Source: an uncultured bacterium (GTDB lineage: Bacteria > Eisenbacteria > RBG-16-71-46 > JABDJR01 > JAWXBZ01). Taken from it: a stretch of 64,000 nucleotides of DNA. The notes below the pieces were generated by a model. That model did no database searches, was not told the DNA's origin, and worked only from the letters and a program-made list of their open reading frames with translations. Made by a program: the position numbers and the translations under genes. Location of the stretch: NCBI GenBank assembly GCA_964596775.1, contig CAZQVN010000012.1:19023-83022 (forward strand), written 5' to 3'. Every line of letters starts with the position of its first letter. Within the stretch, counting starts at the first letter, position 1. Positions 36,451 to 46,424 of the stretch are shown here, piece after piece.

Positions 36451-38741
36451 GGGAGCCCCACCCTTTTCCTCAGGTCGGCGAACCGGGAATCGGACCGGAG
36501 CGAATCCAGCCGCGGATCCACATCGAGAAACGCGAGCCAGTGCTCCCGTTCGCGGAACGCCGTTTCCAGCGCGGAGAACGCCCCGTCCGTGTCGTCCAGC
36601 GCCAGGTGCAGCAGCGCGACGAGGAAGGCGGGAACGAATTCGTGCCGCGCCGTTTCACGGAGCTCTTCAAGGATCCCTCGCGCATCGTCGGACCGGCCGC
36701 CCAGCGCCGCCTCCATTCCGGAAAGGAACCGGCGGAGCGGCTCGTGGTCGAGTTGCCGCGCGGCCCGACCCATGGCCCGGGACGCCTCGTCGCGCCGCCC
36801 GGTGACCATCCAGGTCCAGCCGAGCCACTGGTGCGAGTAGGCAAAGTCGGGGGTGATCTCGAACGGCCGCTTCAGCTCGCGGACGGCCTCGTCGTAGTCG
36901 CGCCGGAAGAAGTGGGCCCATCCGGTCACGATGTTCGGGATGACGGACAGCGGATCGAGTTCGCGGCTCTTCCGGCCGTTGGCGATCGCCTCCTCGAACC
37001 GCCCGGTGACGACCAGGAGGTTCGTGTACCAGAGATACCCGGTGCCGTAGCTCGGCCTCGACTCGATCGCCGCGAGGAAGTCGCGCTCCGCCTGCGCCCA
37101 GTCCCAGTCGTAGTAAAGGCGCGCATAGCCGAGAGCCGCGTACGCCTCCCCGGCGGTCGGATCGAGTTCGAGCGCGCGCTGCGCGGCCGCCCGCGCCCGC
37201 GTGAACGAGGCCTCGGGCCGCATGATGTTCTGGAAACCGAGAAGACCGTACGCCTCGGCGAGACCGACGTAGGCGGGCGCGTAGGCCGGATCGCGGCCGA
37301 TCGCCGCCTGGAAATGGTCGACCGCCCGGCGGAGGCCGTCGGCGTTCCGCAGGCTCATCTGGTGTCGTCCGCGGAGTACCGCGTCGTACGCCTCGGGATC
37401 CATTCTCCGCGCCGTCGTGCGCGGATCCCGCGGTCCGGACAGCGCCCCCTCGATCTCTTGGGCCACCGCGGCCGCCACGTCGCTCTGCAGCATGAGGATG
37501 TCGGTCATGTCGCGCTCGTAGCGCTCCGACCACAGCAGGTTTTCCGAACCGGCGTCGCTGAGCTGGGCGGTGACCCGGACGCGGTCGCCGGAACGGATGA
37601 CGGTGCCCTCGAGGATTCCCTCCACGCCGAGTTCCGCCGCGATTTCCCGCAGCGGGCGCCGGACCCCCTTGAAACGCATGACCGAGGATCGGGAGATGAC
37701 CCGGAGCGCCTTGATGCGGGCCAGGTCGGAAATCAGCGCGTCGGTCATTCCATCCGCGAAGAATTCCTGGCCGGGGTCGCCGGAAAGGTTTTCCAGCGGG
37801 AGAACGGCGAGGGTACGGATCGCGCCGGCCCGGGGAGAAGGGGGCGCACTACCACCCGCTCCAGCTTCCGACCGCCGCGACCGGTCCGGCGCCCCCGCGT
37901 GTGACGGAGAGGAGGACTCCGCGCCCGCCCGGAGTTCGCGGAGGAGTTCGCGCGCGGACGGGAAGCGGTCGGCCGGATCGCGCTCGATGAGCCTCATGAC
38001 GATCCGGTCCGCGAATGCGGGGACATCGGGATTGAGCAGCGCCGGAGGGCGCGGCACATGGTTCGCGATCGCGTACATCAGGGCGAGGATCGTGTCCGCC
38101 TCGAACGGGCGGCGCCCGGTCGCGAGTTCGTAGAGAAGGACGCCGAGCGCGTAGAGATCGCTCCGTTCGTCGCCGGAACGGCCGTCGAGTGTTTCCGGGG
38201 CCATGTAGGCAAGCGTTCCGACTGCTGCGCCGTATTCCGTGGCGGTTGCCGTGGCTCCATCCGGGGCGGCGTAGAGATGGCGGGCCAGGCCGAAATCGAG
38301 GATCTTGAGGCGCCCGTCCGGCGTCACCCGGAGGTTGCCGGGCTTGAGATCGCGGTGGATGACGCCGCTCTCATGAGCCACGGTGAGCCCCTCGGCGGCC
38401 TGGACCGCGATCGACCGCCAGGTGTCCGGATCGACGCGACCCCGCGCGATGACCGCATCGAGGGTTTCGCCAGGAATCAGCTCCATCACCAGGAAGTCGA
38501 CGTCGTCCTGCGTGTCGAAATCGAAGATCGTGGCGATGTTCGGATGATTGAGGCGCGACAGCGCCAGCGCCTCCCTGCGGAAGCGCCGGCGCATCGCGTC
38601 GTCGGCGAGCAACCCCTTCCCGAGAACCTTGACGGCCACGTCACGCTCGAGGTGCTCGTCACGGGCCCGGTGAACGACGCCCATGCCGCCGGCGCCGATC
38701 GGATCGGCGATCCGGTAATGGGAGAGCCGGGTGCCCTTCAT
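36447..38741 (-). CDS. Hanks-type Ser/Thr protein kinase fused to TolB-N-like module and TPR repeats
   Basis: Kinase motifs GAGGMGVVHRA, VAVK, HRDLKPGNL, DFGLAR, APE. The middle segment has LAVLPLENLSGDPGQEFFADGMTDALISDLARI. C-terminal TPRs. The 3' end overlaps yggS by 4 nt. Confidence 0.8.
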   Translation of the reverse strand: MKGTRLSHYRIADPIGAGGMGVVHRARDEHLERDVAVKVLGKGLLADDAMRRRFRREALALSRLNHPNIATIFDFDTQDDVDFLVMELIPGETLDAVIARGRVDPDTWRSIAVQAAEGLTVAHESGVIHRDLKPGNLRVTPDGRLKILDFGLARHLYAAPDGATATATEYGAAVGTLAYMAPETLDGRSGDERSDLYALGVLLYELATGRRPFEADTILALMYAIANHVPRPPALLNPDVPAFADRIVMRLIERDPADRFPSARELLRELRAGAESSSPSHAGAPDRSRRSEAGAGGSAPPSPRAGAIRTLAVLPLENLSGDPGQEFFADGMTDALISDLARIKALRVISRSSVMRFKGVRRPLREIAAELGVEGILEGTVIRSGDRVRVTAQLSDAGSENLLWSERYERDMTDILMLQSDVAAAVAQEIEGALSGPRDPRTTARRMDPEAYDAVLRGRHQMSLRNADGLRRAVDHFQAAIGRDPAYAPAYVGLAEAYGLLGFQNIMRPEASFTRARAAAQRALELDPTAGEAYAALGYARLYYDWDWAQAERDFLAAIESRPSYGTGYLWYTNLLVVTGRFEEAIANGRKSRELDPLSVIPNIVTGWAHFFRRDYDEAVRELKRPFEITPDFAYSHQWLGWTWMVTGRRDEASRAMGRAARQLDHEPLRRFLSGMEAALGGRSDDARGILEELRETARHEFVPAFLVALLHLALDDTDGAFSALETAFREREHWLAFLDVDPRLDSLRSDSRFADLRKRVGLP

Positions 38742-38748
38742 CGCGGGA

Positions 38749-40311
38749 TCAGTCGCCGAACTTGAGACCCTGCGCCAGCGGCAGGTCGGTGCTCCAGTTG
38801 ATCGTGTTCGTCTGGCGGCGCATGTAGACCTTCCAGGAATCGGAGCCCGACTCGCGGCCGCCGCCGGTTTCCTTCTCGCCGCCGAACGCGCCGCCGATCT
38901 CGGCGCCCGAGGTGCCGATGTTCACGTTCGCGATCCCGCAGTCCGAACCGCGGTGCGACAGGAAGTACTCCGCCTCGCGCATGTTCTCGGTGAAGATCGC
39001 CGAGGAAAGCCCCTGCGGCACGCCGTTGTGGAGGGCCAGCGCCTCTTCGATCTCGCCCACCGCCTCCGCGGCGGATGCGCCCTTCTTTCCGTAGCCGATG
39101 ATGTAGAGGATCGGCGCGAACGTTTCGTCCTGGACGATCTGGTACTCGTTCTTCGCCAGGGCGATGCAGGGCTTAACGTAATGGCCGCCCGGATACTCCG
39201 GCCCGTCTAGGACTTCGCCTCCGCAGACGACCGTGCCCCCTTCCGCCTTGAGCTTCGTGATGGCGTCCTGCATGTCCTTGACGGCGCCGTGCGTGACGAG
39301 CGGCCCCATCAGCGTGTCGGGCTTGCGGGGGTCGCCGATCTGGATCCCCTCGTACGCCTTCTTGAGGCGCTGAACGAGCGTGTCCTTGATCGATTCATGC
39401 GCGATGATCCGCCGGGTCGACGTGCAGCGCTGGCCGGCCGTGCCGACCGCGCCGAACAGGATGGCCCGCAGCGCCAGGTCCATGTTCGCCGAAGGCGTGA
39501 CGATGATCGCGTTGTTGCCGCCGAGTTCGAGGATCGTCCGGCCGAGGCGCTTGTTGACGACTTCGGCCACCCGGTAGCCCATCGTGCAGCTGCCGGTGGC
39601 GGAGATCAGCGGGATCTTCCGGTCGTGCAGCATCCGGTCGCCCACGGTGGAGCCCTTGCCGATCGTCAGCGAGAAGACCGCCGGGTCGATGCCGTTCTCC
39701 CGGCAGACGGCTTCGGCGATCTTCGTGCAGGCGATGGCGGTGAGCGGCGTCTTGCTGGCCGGCTTCCAGACGACGGAATCGCCGCAGACGGCGGCGATCG
39801 CGGTGTTCCAGCTCCACACGGCCACCGGGAAGTTGAACGCCGAGATCACGCCGACGACGCCGAGCGGATGCCACTGCTCGTACATCCGGTGGTCCGGGCG
39901 CTCGGAGTGCATGGTCAGGCCGTAGAGCTGGCGCGACAGGCCGACGGAAAAGTCGCAGATGTCGATCATTTCCTGGACCTCCCCCTCCCCTTCCGCCGCG
40001 ATCTTCCCCATCTCCAGCGTGACGAGCTGGCCGAGCTCCGTCTTCAGATCGCGCAGGCGGTTGCCGAGCAGGCGGACGATCTCGCCGCGGCGCGGGGCCG
40101 GGAGCTTCCGCCACTCGAGGAACGCGGCGTGGGCGCGGGTCACGATCTGGTCGTACTCCTCTTCGGTGACCTGGGTGACGGAGCCGATCTTCGTGCCGTC
40201 GACGGGCGTGGTCACGTCGAGAACGGGGCCGGAACCGATCCACTCGCCGCCGAAGCCGCCGGGGTTCAGATCCTTGAGGCCGAGTTTTTTCATGAAATCG
40301 TGACTGGTCAT
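38749..40311 (-). CDS. Aldehyde dehydrogenase, ALDH7/piperideine-6-carboxylate dehydrogenase-like
   Basis: ATG 40311 (MTSHDFMKKLGLKD...NPGGFGGEW) resembles the antiquitin-type N-terminus. Catalytic region ELGGNNAIIV and the catalytic Cys context GQRCTSTRR are present. The 134-codon upstream extension in the track is R/G-rich and was discarded. Confidence 0.8.
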   Translation of the reverse strand: MTSHDFMKKLGLKDLNPGGFGGEWIGSGPVLDVTTPVDGTKIGSVTQVTEEEYDQIVTRAHAAFLEWRKLPAPRRGEIVRLLGNRLRDLKTELGQLVTLEMGKIAAEGEGEVQEMIDICDFSVGLSRQLYGLTMHSERPDHRMYEQWHPLGVVGVISAFNFPVAVWSWNTAIAAVCGDSVVWKPASKTPLTAIACTKIAEAVCRENGIDPAVFSLTIGKGSTVGDRMLHDRKIPLISATGSCTMGYRVAEVVNKRLGRTILELGGNNAIIVTPSANMDLALRAILFGAVGTAGQRCTSTRRIIAHESIKDTLVQRLKKAYEGIQIGDPRKPDTLMGPLVTHGAVKDMQDAITKLKAEGGTVVCGGEVLDGPEYPGGHYVKPCIALAKNEYQIVQDETFAPILYIIGYGKKGASAAEAVGEIEEALALHNGVPQGLSSAIFTENMREAEYFLSHRGSDCGIANVNIGTSGAEIGGAFGGEKETGGGRESGSDSWKVYMRRQTNTINWSTDLPLAQGLKFGD

Positions 40312-40453
40312 ATGAGTTCCATCGCTTTCAGGAGGAATGTCGTGTCGGGGGCCGAGGCCCCGGTGGAAAGAGCGCGGGAAGCTTAACACAGGAAGGGGCA
40401 CATTCCGGAAGCCCGGGGCGGGGACCGTCCTCCGGAAGCGGCGAAATGATGTT

Positions 40454-41659
40454 TCAGTCGCCGGTGCGGAACTCGATCCGCCGCGGCAGCGCCGGTCCCG
40501 TGGCATCCCCCGCCGGAACGTCGAACAACCGGTCGATGCGGTTCCCCGAAAGATCCTCGAGTTCCGGCCGGACCGCCACCGCGTACCGTCCGGGCTTCCA
40601 CGGTTCCGCCGGCCTGAAGAGCAGGACGGTGCCCCCGTCCGCCGATTCCACCCAGGCACTGACCAGCGAGCCGTCCTCCCGTTCCACGAGCACGAACCGG
40701 CTCGCCTGGGCAACGTCCACGACCTCGTTCAGCGTGATGCGGAGCGGGTCCGTGCTCCCGGCCGCGGGAGGGTCCAGCGTCCACGCGGCGGGATCCGGCG
40801 ATGTCCGGTCCGCGGCAACGGCACGGAAGACCTTCGTGAACGGCCGCCCGGTCAGGCCGCCGGTGGCGGTTCTCATCCCGGCATCGATCACCAGGCGATA
40901 GGCGCGCCCTTCCACCAGCGGAGCGCCGGCGCGGTCGTGCATCGCGAGCCCCTGCTTGATCCGGCCGGGATGCAGGAGCAGCGTCAGGCGGCGCATGGAG
41001 GGATCCCACAACTCCGGAGTCGTCTCCACGAAGGCCTGCTCGATCCGCGTTCCAGTGTCGTCCTCGAGACGGACATGGGCGGCCGCGTCGCCTCCCTGCA
41101 TCGGTTCGGAAAAGTGGACATAGAACCGGAGCAGGTTTTCCGGCAACCGATCCCCGCCGGGAAGCACCTCGAGCACCGAAGCGGTTTCCAGCGGCCGCAC
41201 CGGTGCGATCCGGAAGCGGGCCTCGATCGCGGTGCCCTCGAACCGGAACGCCACGCGGTAGGGAATGCCGGGCACGAACGGAAGAACCGGGCGGAACTCG
41301 ACGGCTCCGTCCGCCGGCGCGACCCGGCCGAAGACCGGCGGCAGCTCCCGGCCGCGATCCACGGTAACGGTGAGGATGTCCCCGGCGGCGGGGGCGGCCG
41401 CGATCCGCGCCGCGGTCCCGGGGGCGAGACCGGTCACGCGCACCGGATCGGTGGGCACCGCGGGCGTGACGATCCGGGGTGCGGGGGGTGCGGCGCGCGG
41501 GGCAACGGACGAATCCACGACCGTGGATGCGGATGCCGCGACCTGCGCGGACGAGGTCGCCGGAGCGGCCGAAGTCTCCGTGACCTCCGGAACCGTGACC
41601 AGCGCAGTCACGATCAAGGCCGCCGCGGTGCACCGGACCGCGAACACCCCTGTCGCCAC
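40454..41659 (-). CDS. Hypothetical exported protein (Pro/Ala-rich N-terminal linker, beta-rich C-terminal part)
   Basis: Coding-like composition, unlike the overlapping plus-strand 843-aa R/G-rich ORF. Hydrophobic N-terminus MATGVFAVRCTAAALIVTALVTV. The start abuts the upstream gene stop (41660). Confidence 0.5.
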   Translation of the reverse strand: MATGVFAVRCTAAALIVTALVTVPEVTETSAAPATSSAQVAASASTVVDSSVAPRAAPPAPRIVTPAVPTDPVRVTGLAPGTAARIAAAPAAGDILTVTVDRGRELPPVFGRVAPADGAVEFRPVLPFVPGIPYRVAFRFEGTAIEARFRIAPVRPLETASVLEVLPGGDRLPENLLRFYVHFSEPMQGGDAAAHVRLEDDTGTRIEQAFVETTPELWDPSMRRLTLLLHPGRIKQGLAMHDRAGAPLVEGRAYRLVIDAGMRTATGGLTGRPFTKVFRAVAADRTSPDPAAWTLDPPAAGSTDPLRITLNEVVDVAQASRFVLVEREDGSLVSAWVESADGGTVLLFRPAEPWKPGRYAVAVRPELEDLSGNRIDRLFDVPAGDATGPALPRRIEFRTGD

Positions 41660-42826
41660 CTAGAGCGCCATCCGCTCGATCGAGTAGAGAACGAGGTCGA
41701 GCCGGCCCGAGGGCATCCGCTGGAGGCCGGCCACCGCCTTGTCGCTGAAGTTGTCGATGTGCTGGACGCCGGTGCCGGCTCGGGCGGTGTACGGTACGCC
41801 CTCCGTGTACGTCGGCGTCTCGCGGGTGATCCCCGGCTTCTTCAGTTCCTCGCGCACCGCTTCCGGCGTGAACGTCATCAGAGGGAGCTGGCTGTTGGAC
41901 ATCACGAAGATGTCCCGGTCCTTCCAGCGGACCCGCAGCATGTCCATCGGGTAGTTGCCGGAGCCGAACTCGGCGATCGTGTGCCCCTTAACGTGTTCCC
42001 CCTCGCGGAGATCCGCGAGCGGAAACGCCACGAGCGGCGTGCAGAGATACGACGCCAGCATGTAGTCCGTTCCGTCCAGCGTGTACGGCAGGAACGTGCG
42101 GATCGGCGCGGAGGTTTCCCACTCGCCGTGCGCACCGTGATAGATCTCCACGGTGGTCCAGGCCGCGTCGCCGGTGGACGGGTCGATCTTCCAGAGCGCC
42201 GCGGAGAACTCCTCGTTGGACAGCCCCGACACATAGAGCGTTCCGTCGTGAACCGCCATGTCGGTGATGGCCTCGACGCGCATCGGCAGGTCCTTCTTCC
42301 ACGGGTGCTTCGCCTCCGTGCCGACCGGGTTCGGCAGCGTGATCCTCCGGTGGGGCACGTCGTCGAGGCTTACCAGCTCGAACTTTTCCTCGACCGTGAC
42401 CCGGAGCAGCACGTCCGCGTCGGCGAGATCGTTGGGGAGCGACCAGCGGTCGTTCCACTGGCGCCGGGCCCGCGAAACGGAAAAATAGGTGCTCCGGGAC
42501 ACCGGATTCACGGCCATGTCGTGGATCATGACGTCTTCCGCGGTCGTCCCGAGCACCGCGGCGATCTTCGCCTCGAGATCCTTGATGCCGAAGGTGTCGG
42601 GCGCTTCGGCCGGCGTCCGGTCGCCGGTGTCGACGGCGATCACGGCGCCCCCCCTGGAATCCCCGATGAACAGCACGCCGTCGGAACCGAACACGAGCGT
42701 TCCGATGGACCGGATGTCCGGGCGTCCCGGGGTCAGCCCGGGAAACGCGGCGGCGCGGCCGGCGGGCACGGCGGCGAGAAACGCGGCGAGACAGAGATAG
42801 GCGCGGACAGTCCTGCTCATCTTCAA
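41660..42826 (-). CDS. Hypothetical secreted protein
   Basis: Signal peptide MKMSRTVRAYLCLAAFLAAVPAGRAAA. 388 aa. No motif recognised. Same transcriptional direction as, and tightly linked to, its neighbours. Confidence 0.5.
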   Translation of the reverse strand: MKMSRTVRAYLCLAAFLAAVPAGRAAAFPGLTPGRPDIRSIGTLVFGSDGVLFIGDSRGGAVIAVDTGDRTPAEAPDTFGIKDLEAKIAAVLGTTAEDVMIHDMAVNPVSRSTYFSVSRARRQWNDRWSLPNDLADADVLLRVTVEEKFELVSLDDVPHRRITLPNPVGTEAKHPWKKDLPMRVEAITDMAVHDGTLYVSGLSNEEFSAALWKIDPSTGDAAWTTVEIYHGAHGEWETSAPIRTFLPYTLDGTDYMLASYLCTPLVAFPLADLREGEHVKGHTIAEFGSGNYPMDMLRVRWKDRDIFVMSNSQLPLMTFTPEAVREELKKPGITRETPTYTEGVPYTARAGTGVQHIDNFSDKAVAGLQRMPSGRLDLVLYSIERMAL

Positions 42827-42902
42827 TCCTCCTCGGTTTGCGGGGTCGGGTTTCCGATCCGAGTGTAGGACAGGAGCGCGGCGGGGTCCAGAATCGACGG
42901 GA

Positions 42903-45900
42903 TCAGCGACCGGCGGAAGGCAGGAGCGACCCGCGCGGAACCTCCACGTCGATCCGTGTGATGCCGCCGTCGCGACCCAGCAGAGAGGCGCTCTCGACGG
43001 GAGTGAGAGCGTCGCCGGGGCGTTCCGAGACGCCGTTCGTGCCGGTCACGCGGATGGACGGTCCCCTGCCCGTTCGTGTGTAAACGACCGGCACACCGGC
43101 GAACGTGAACGCCAGGGCACCTCCCGGCGGGAGGTCGATCCCCTGCTCCTCCCCCTCCAGGTCGACGTAGTCGAAGCGGTCTCCGCCCGCGGCAAACTCG
43201 CTGTCGCGGAGCAGCACCGGTCGAAAGCGGACGATCCCCCGGCTGACGAAGACGCCGAGTTCGCCGAACCGGGTGAGGATCTCCTCCTTGACCTGGCCGG
43301 TCATTCCCGGCTGCTGGGCCCCGGCGTGACCGGGCGTGTGCGAGTAAGGGTCGGTGGGAAACGCGCCGTACTCCGTCGGCGTCTTTTCGAATCCGAGGCC
43401 GGCGCGGATCCGGTAGTAGTACACGGCCAGCGTGTCGAACGCTTCGCCGGTTGCGCCCGAGTCCGCCGCGCGGAGCAGGATCTCCTGCACGGCGAGAAGC
43501 AGCTTGGCGACCATGTGCCAGTAGATGCAGCCGAGCCCCTCGTATCCGTACATCGTGCCGGAGCGGCCGGTCCACCTGTCGTGCCGGAACACCCGCTCGA
43601 ACAGGTCGAGGACCGGCTGTCGGTCCCTCGCCACGAGCGCCGCCCAGTTCGGCCGCTCGGCAATGCGGTCCAGCGCCAGCCCGACGTCGGCGGCGCGACC
43701 GATGTCCGGGGCGAAACGGACGACGTCCGCGGACTCCCGGACGACCAGCGTTTCGTCGCCCGAGTCGACGAGGCTGCGGAGGAGCGGGCTCGCCAGGACC
43801 GCGTCCGCGGCCATGCGGTTCTTCTCGAGAAAACCGGGGAGGTCGCGAAACGGATAGAGAAGGAAGCTCCCCTGGTCGGCCCGGTACATGCGGCTCGCGA
43901 ACAGCGCGGCGAGGATGTCCGCCGCCTCCTCCGGGGTCATGATTCCCGAACTCAGCACGGCCACCTGCCCCTCGAGCATCTCGTACAGGGGCTCAACGGA
44001 CAGCGACCGGCCGTCCGGCGCGAAGCGCAGCAGGGAGTAGGCCTGATACAGACCGTCGTCGCGCCGGGCGCCCCGGATCGTCGCATCGAGGTGCTCGAGG
44101 ACCCTCCGGCAGAAGGCGACGATCCCGTCGACCGGCACGTCGACGCGCCCGGACATCCCCCCGTCGTACACCCGGGTCCGGTACTCGTGATACACACCGC
44201 CGACCGCGTCGAGGAAACGCCGGCGCTTCGCGTCCGGATCGTCTTCCCCGCCGGGCTCCGCCGGCGCCCCGGGCGGACACGACATGGCGTCCGGGGAGTG
44301 CCCGGCGAATGCCTCCGCGATCCCCCGGTACCAGTCCGCCACCTCCGTACTCAGCGCGACGGAACTCCGCCCGGCCCCTGCGGCCAGGTCGGCCAGGCAT
44401 TCCATGTACCGGCGGAGATGGCAGAGCGTCACCATCGACACGCCGTTCCCCACCAGCGCGTTGTTCGCGTCGTTCCACTCCGGCCGCTGCGTGTTCATCC
44501 AGATGCCGCCGCCCGGAACATGATTGGACAGGCGCGCGAGGGCGGTGACGAGCAGCTTTTCGAACAGGCTGACGTGGTGCACCCGTCCGGCGGCATCGAG
44601 AACGAGCTTGCCGTCGGTGCCGAGTGCCGCGACCCGCTCATCGATCCGGGCGGCCAGCGCCGCGTCGAAATCGATCGTTTCGCGCGGATTCCGCACCATC
44701 TCCGCGTAGGAGCGGAGCCGGTAGGGCACGTTCGTGTAGCTGCAGATCTCGCGGAACAGGCTCGCGCCGAGCCCCTCGGGAGAAACGCGCCGCATCATCT
44801 CGATGAACCGGAGCAGGTACACGACCTGGTGATCCCCCCAGTAGCCGATGTGGCTCCAGGGATCGCGGGAGTCGGGGACCTCCCAGTCCACGCCGTCCCG
44901 GGTGACCCGGTACGGGTTGAAACCGTCCATCGTGGATGCGTTCACGAACCGGGCGATCATCCCCGGGAGAAAACCGGGATAGCCGAGGGCGAGCGCCTCC
45001 CAGTTCTGGAAGATGTCGCGCCAGTTCCCTTCGTAACCGAGGGCCCGCTCCCCCGCCGCGTTCTTCGTGCGGATCGCGAAGCGGTTCCACGGGCGGCTCG
45101 GGTCGCCGTGGCGGCGCCCGAACCAGAGCGGCAGGTACTCCCGGCAGAGGCGTTCGAGATCGGGATCCCCGACGGCCGCGGCGCGCCTCTCGAGGTCCGC
45201 CACCGACAGGAGCGGGGGCAGGGATTTCAGAAAGGACTCGTGGCGCCGGGCCGTGTCCCGGTTGCGCTCCCGGATCACGTCGCGGAGATCCGAGGCGGGA
45301 ATGTCATGGTTCCGCACGAAGGCACCGCCACGCATCGTGTTGAACAGCACGTTGGCACAGTGATGCGCGGACTCCTCGGCTCGGGCGGTGCACTGCAGGG
45401 CGTCGGCGGCGGCGATGATCTTCCGGAGCGATGCCCCGGCCGCGCGGATCCGGCCTTCCGTATCCCCGGCCGCATCGTCGCCGTCGAGAAGGCGGCGGGA
45501 CAGCTCCCCGATCTGCCGGGCATCCCGGCCGGTGTCCGCGACGATATGCCAGGTGGCGGACGCGCCCGGCGCGAGGCGCAGCGACGCGGCGGCAAGGTAG
45601 TGACCGCGGCGTCCGGTCACCAGCGTTTCCGGGGCCACGCTCCCTCCGGCCAGGAACGCGTCGATGGCCCCGGTCGACAGGGCCACCGTGGCCCCGGGCA
45701 ATCCGCGGACGTGCACCGTGGCGGCGCGCAGGACCTCGGCCGCCTCCACCCGGTCGGTGATCCGCGACGTCAGGGAGTAGATCGCGAGTCCCGTGCGGGG
45801 ATCGCACTCGGTGCGCTTGTACGCATCGACGAGGCAGCTGGACTGCTGGTACAGGGCGAGCGGCGCCCCGAACGGCAGTATGTTCCGGAGCCCGTCGAGC

Positions 45901-46424
45901 AGTTCGACACGCAGCGGGGTTTCCCCGGTGTTCTCGAGGACGGCGGTCCGAACGATGCCGAGGGCGTCACAGAGGGCCCAGCGGTAACGGAAGGACAGCC
46001 CGAGGCCGGGATGGATCGCCTCGAAGATCAGCTGCGTTCCGAAGATGTTCTTGTAGAGATTGCGCTTCACGGACTCGTCGCCCCACGCGCGTTCGGGAAA
46101 CGGCTGCCAGAGCGTCTCGCCGCCGGTCCCGCGTTTCACCCGGAGCAGCGTGATCGGCCCGGTATGGTGATGGCCGTCCATGAGGCGGTCCGCGGTTTCA
46201 TAGGGGAACAGGGCGCCGTCGGGTCCGACGCGACCGGCGGTGAGGCCGCCGCTCGACGCGACGAACATCCAGAGGTCGCTGTCCCCGGCCAGGGTCATCA
46301 GGAACGGCGGCATCCGGTCGTGACGGGAGATCCGGTAGAACAGCTCCCCGTCGATCTCCGTGAAGGCCCCGCGCGGGGCGTCGGCGGCGGCGCCCCGGTT
46401 CGCTTCGTGCGGAGAGCGGATCAC
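42903..46424 (-). CDS. Large cytoplasmic protein, candidate GH94/GH149/GH161-like (clan GH-Q) beta-glucan phosphorylase
   Basis: GTG 46424 overlaps the upstream stop as GTGA. About 1170 aa with no signal peptide. QRPEWNDANNALVGNG resembles the catalytic (G)DWND motif of GH94 phosphorylases. The size matches beta-1,3-glucan phosphorylases. The context is GH16, GH1 and an oligosaccharide importer. The 130-codon track extension was discarded. The family call is tentative. Confidence 0.5.
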   Translation of the reverse strand: MIRSPHEANRGAAADAPRGAFTEIDGELFYRISRHDRMPPFLMTLAGDSDLWMFVASSGGLTAGRVGPDGALFPYETADRLMDGHHHTGPITLLRVKRGTGGETLWQPFPERAWGDESVKRNLYKNIFGTQLIFEAIHPGLGLSFRYRWALCDALGIVRTAVLENTGETPLRVELLDGLRNILPFGAPLALYQQSSCLVDAYKRTECDPRTGLAIYSLTSRITDRVEAAEVLRAATVHVRGLPGATVALSTGAIDAFLAGGSVAPETLVTGRRGHYLAAASLRLAPGASATWHIVADTGRDARQIGELSRRLLDGDDAAGDTEGRIRAAGASLRKIIAAADALQCTARAEESAHHCANVLFNTMRGGAFVRNHDIPASDLRDVIRERNRDTARRHESFLKSLPPLLSVADLERRAAAVGDPDLERLCREYLPLWFGRRHGDPSRPWNRFAIRTKNAAGERALGYEGNWRDIFQNWEALALGYPGFLPGMIARFVNASTMDGFNPYRVTRDGVDWEVPDSRDPWSHIGYWGDHQVVYLLRFIEMMRRVSPEGLGASLFREICSYTNVPYRLRSYAEMVRNPRETIDFDAALAARIDERVAALGTDGKLVLDAAGRVHHVSLFEKLLVTALARLSNHVPGGGIWMNTQRPEWNDANNALVGNGVSMVTLCHLRRYMECLADLAAGAGRSSVALSTEVADWYRGIAEAFAGHSPDAMSCPPGAPAEPGGEDDPDAKRRRFLDAVGGVYHEYRTRVYDGGMSGRVDVPVDGIVAFCRRVLEHLDATIRGARRDDGLYQAYSLLRFAPDGRSLSVEPLYEMLEGQVAVLSSGIMTPEEAADILAALFASRMYRADQGSFLLYPFRDLPGFLEKNRMAADAVLASPLLRSLVDSGDETLVVRESADVVRFAPDIGRAADVGLALDRIAERPNWAALVARDRQPVLDLFERVFRHDRWTGRSGTMYGYEGLGCIYWHMVAKLLLAVQEILLRAADSGATGEAFDTLAVYYYRIRAGLGFEKTPTEYGAFPTDPYSHTPGHAGAQQPGMTGQVKEEILTRFGELGVFVSRGIVRFRPVLLRDSEFAAGGDRFDYVDLEGEEQGIDLPPGGALAFTFAGVPVVYTRTGRGPSIRVTGTNGVSERPGDALTPVESASLLGRDGGITRIDVEVPRGSLLPSAGR

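Noticed and set aside
38749-40713. N-terminal 134-codon extension of the ALDH ORF
   Set aside because: R/G/S/C-rich junk before a canonical ALDH7-type N-terminus (MTSHDFMKKLGL). Trimmed to ATG 40311.
40337-42868. 843-aa plus-strand ORF
   Set aside because: Shadow of the two minus-strand secreted hypotheticals. R/G/P/H-rich.
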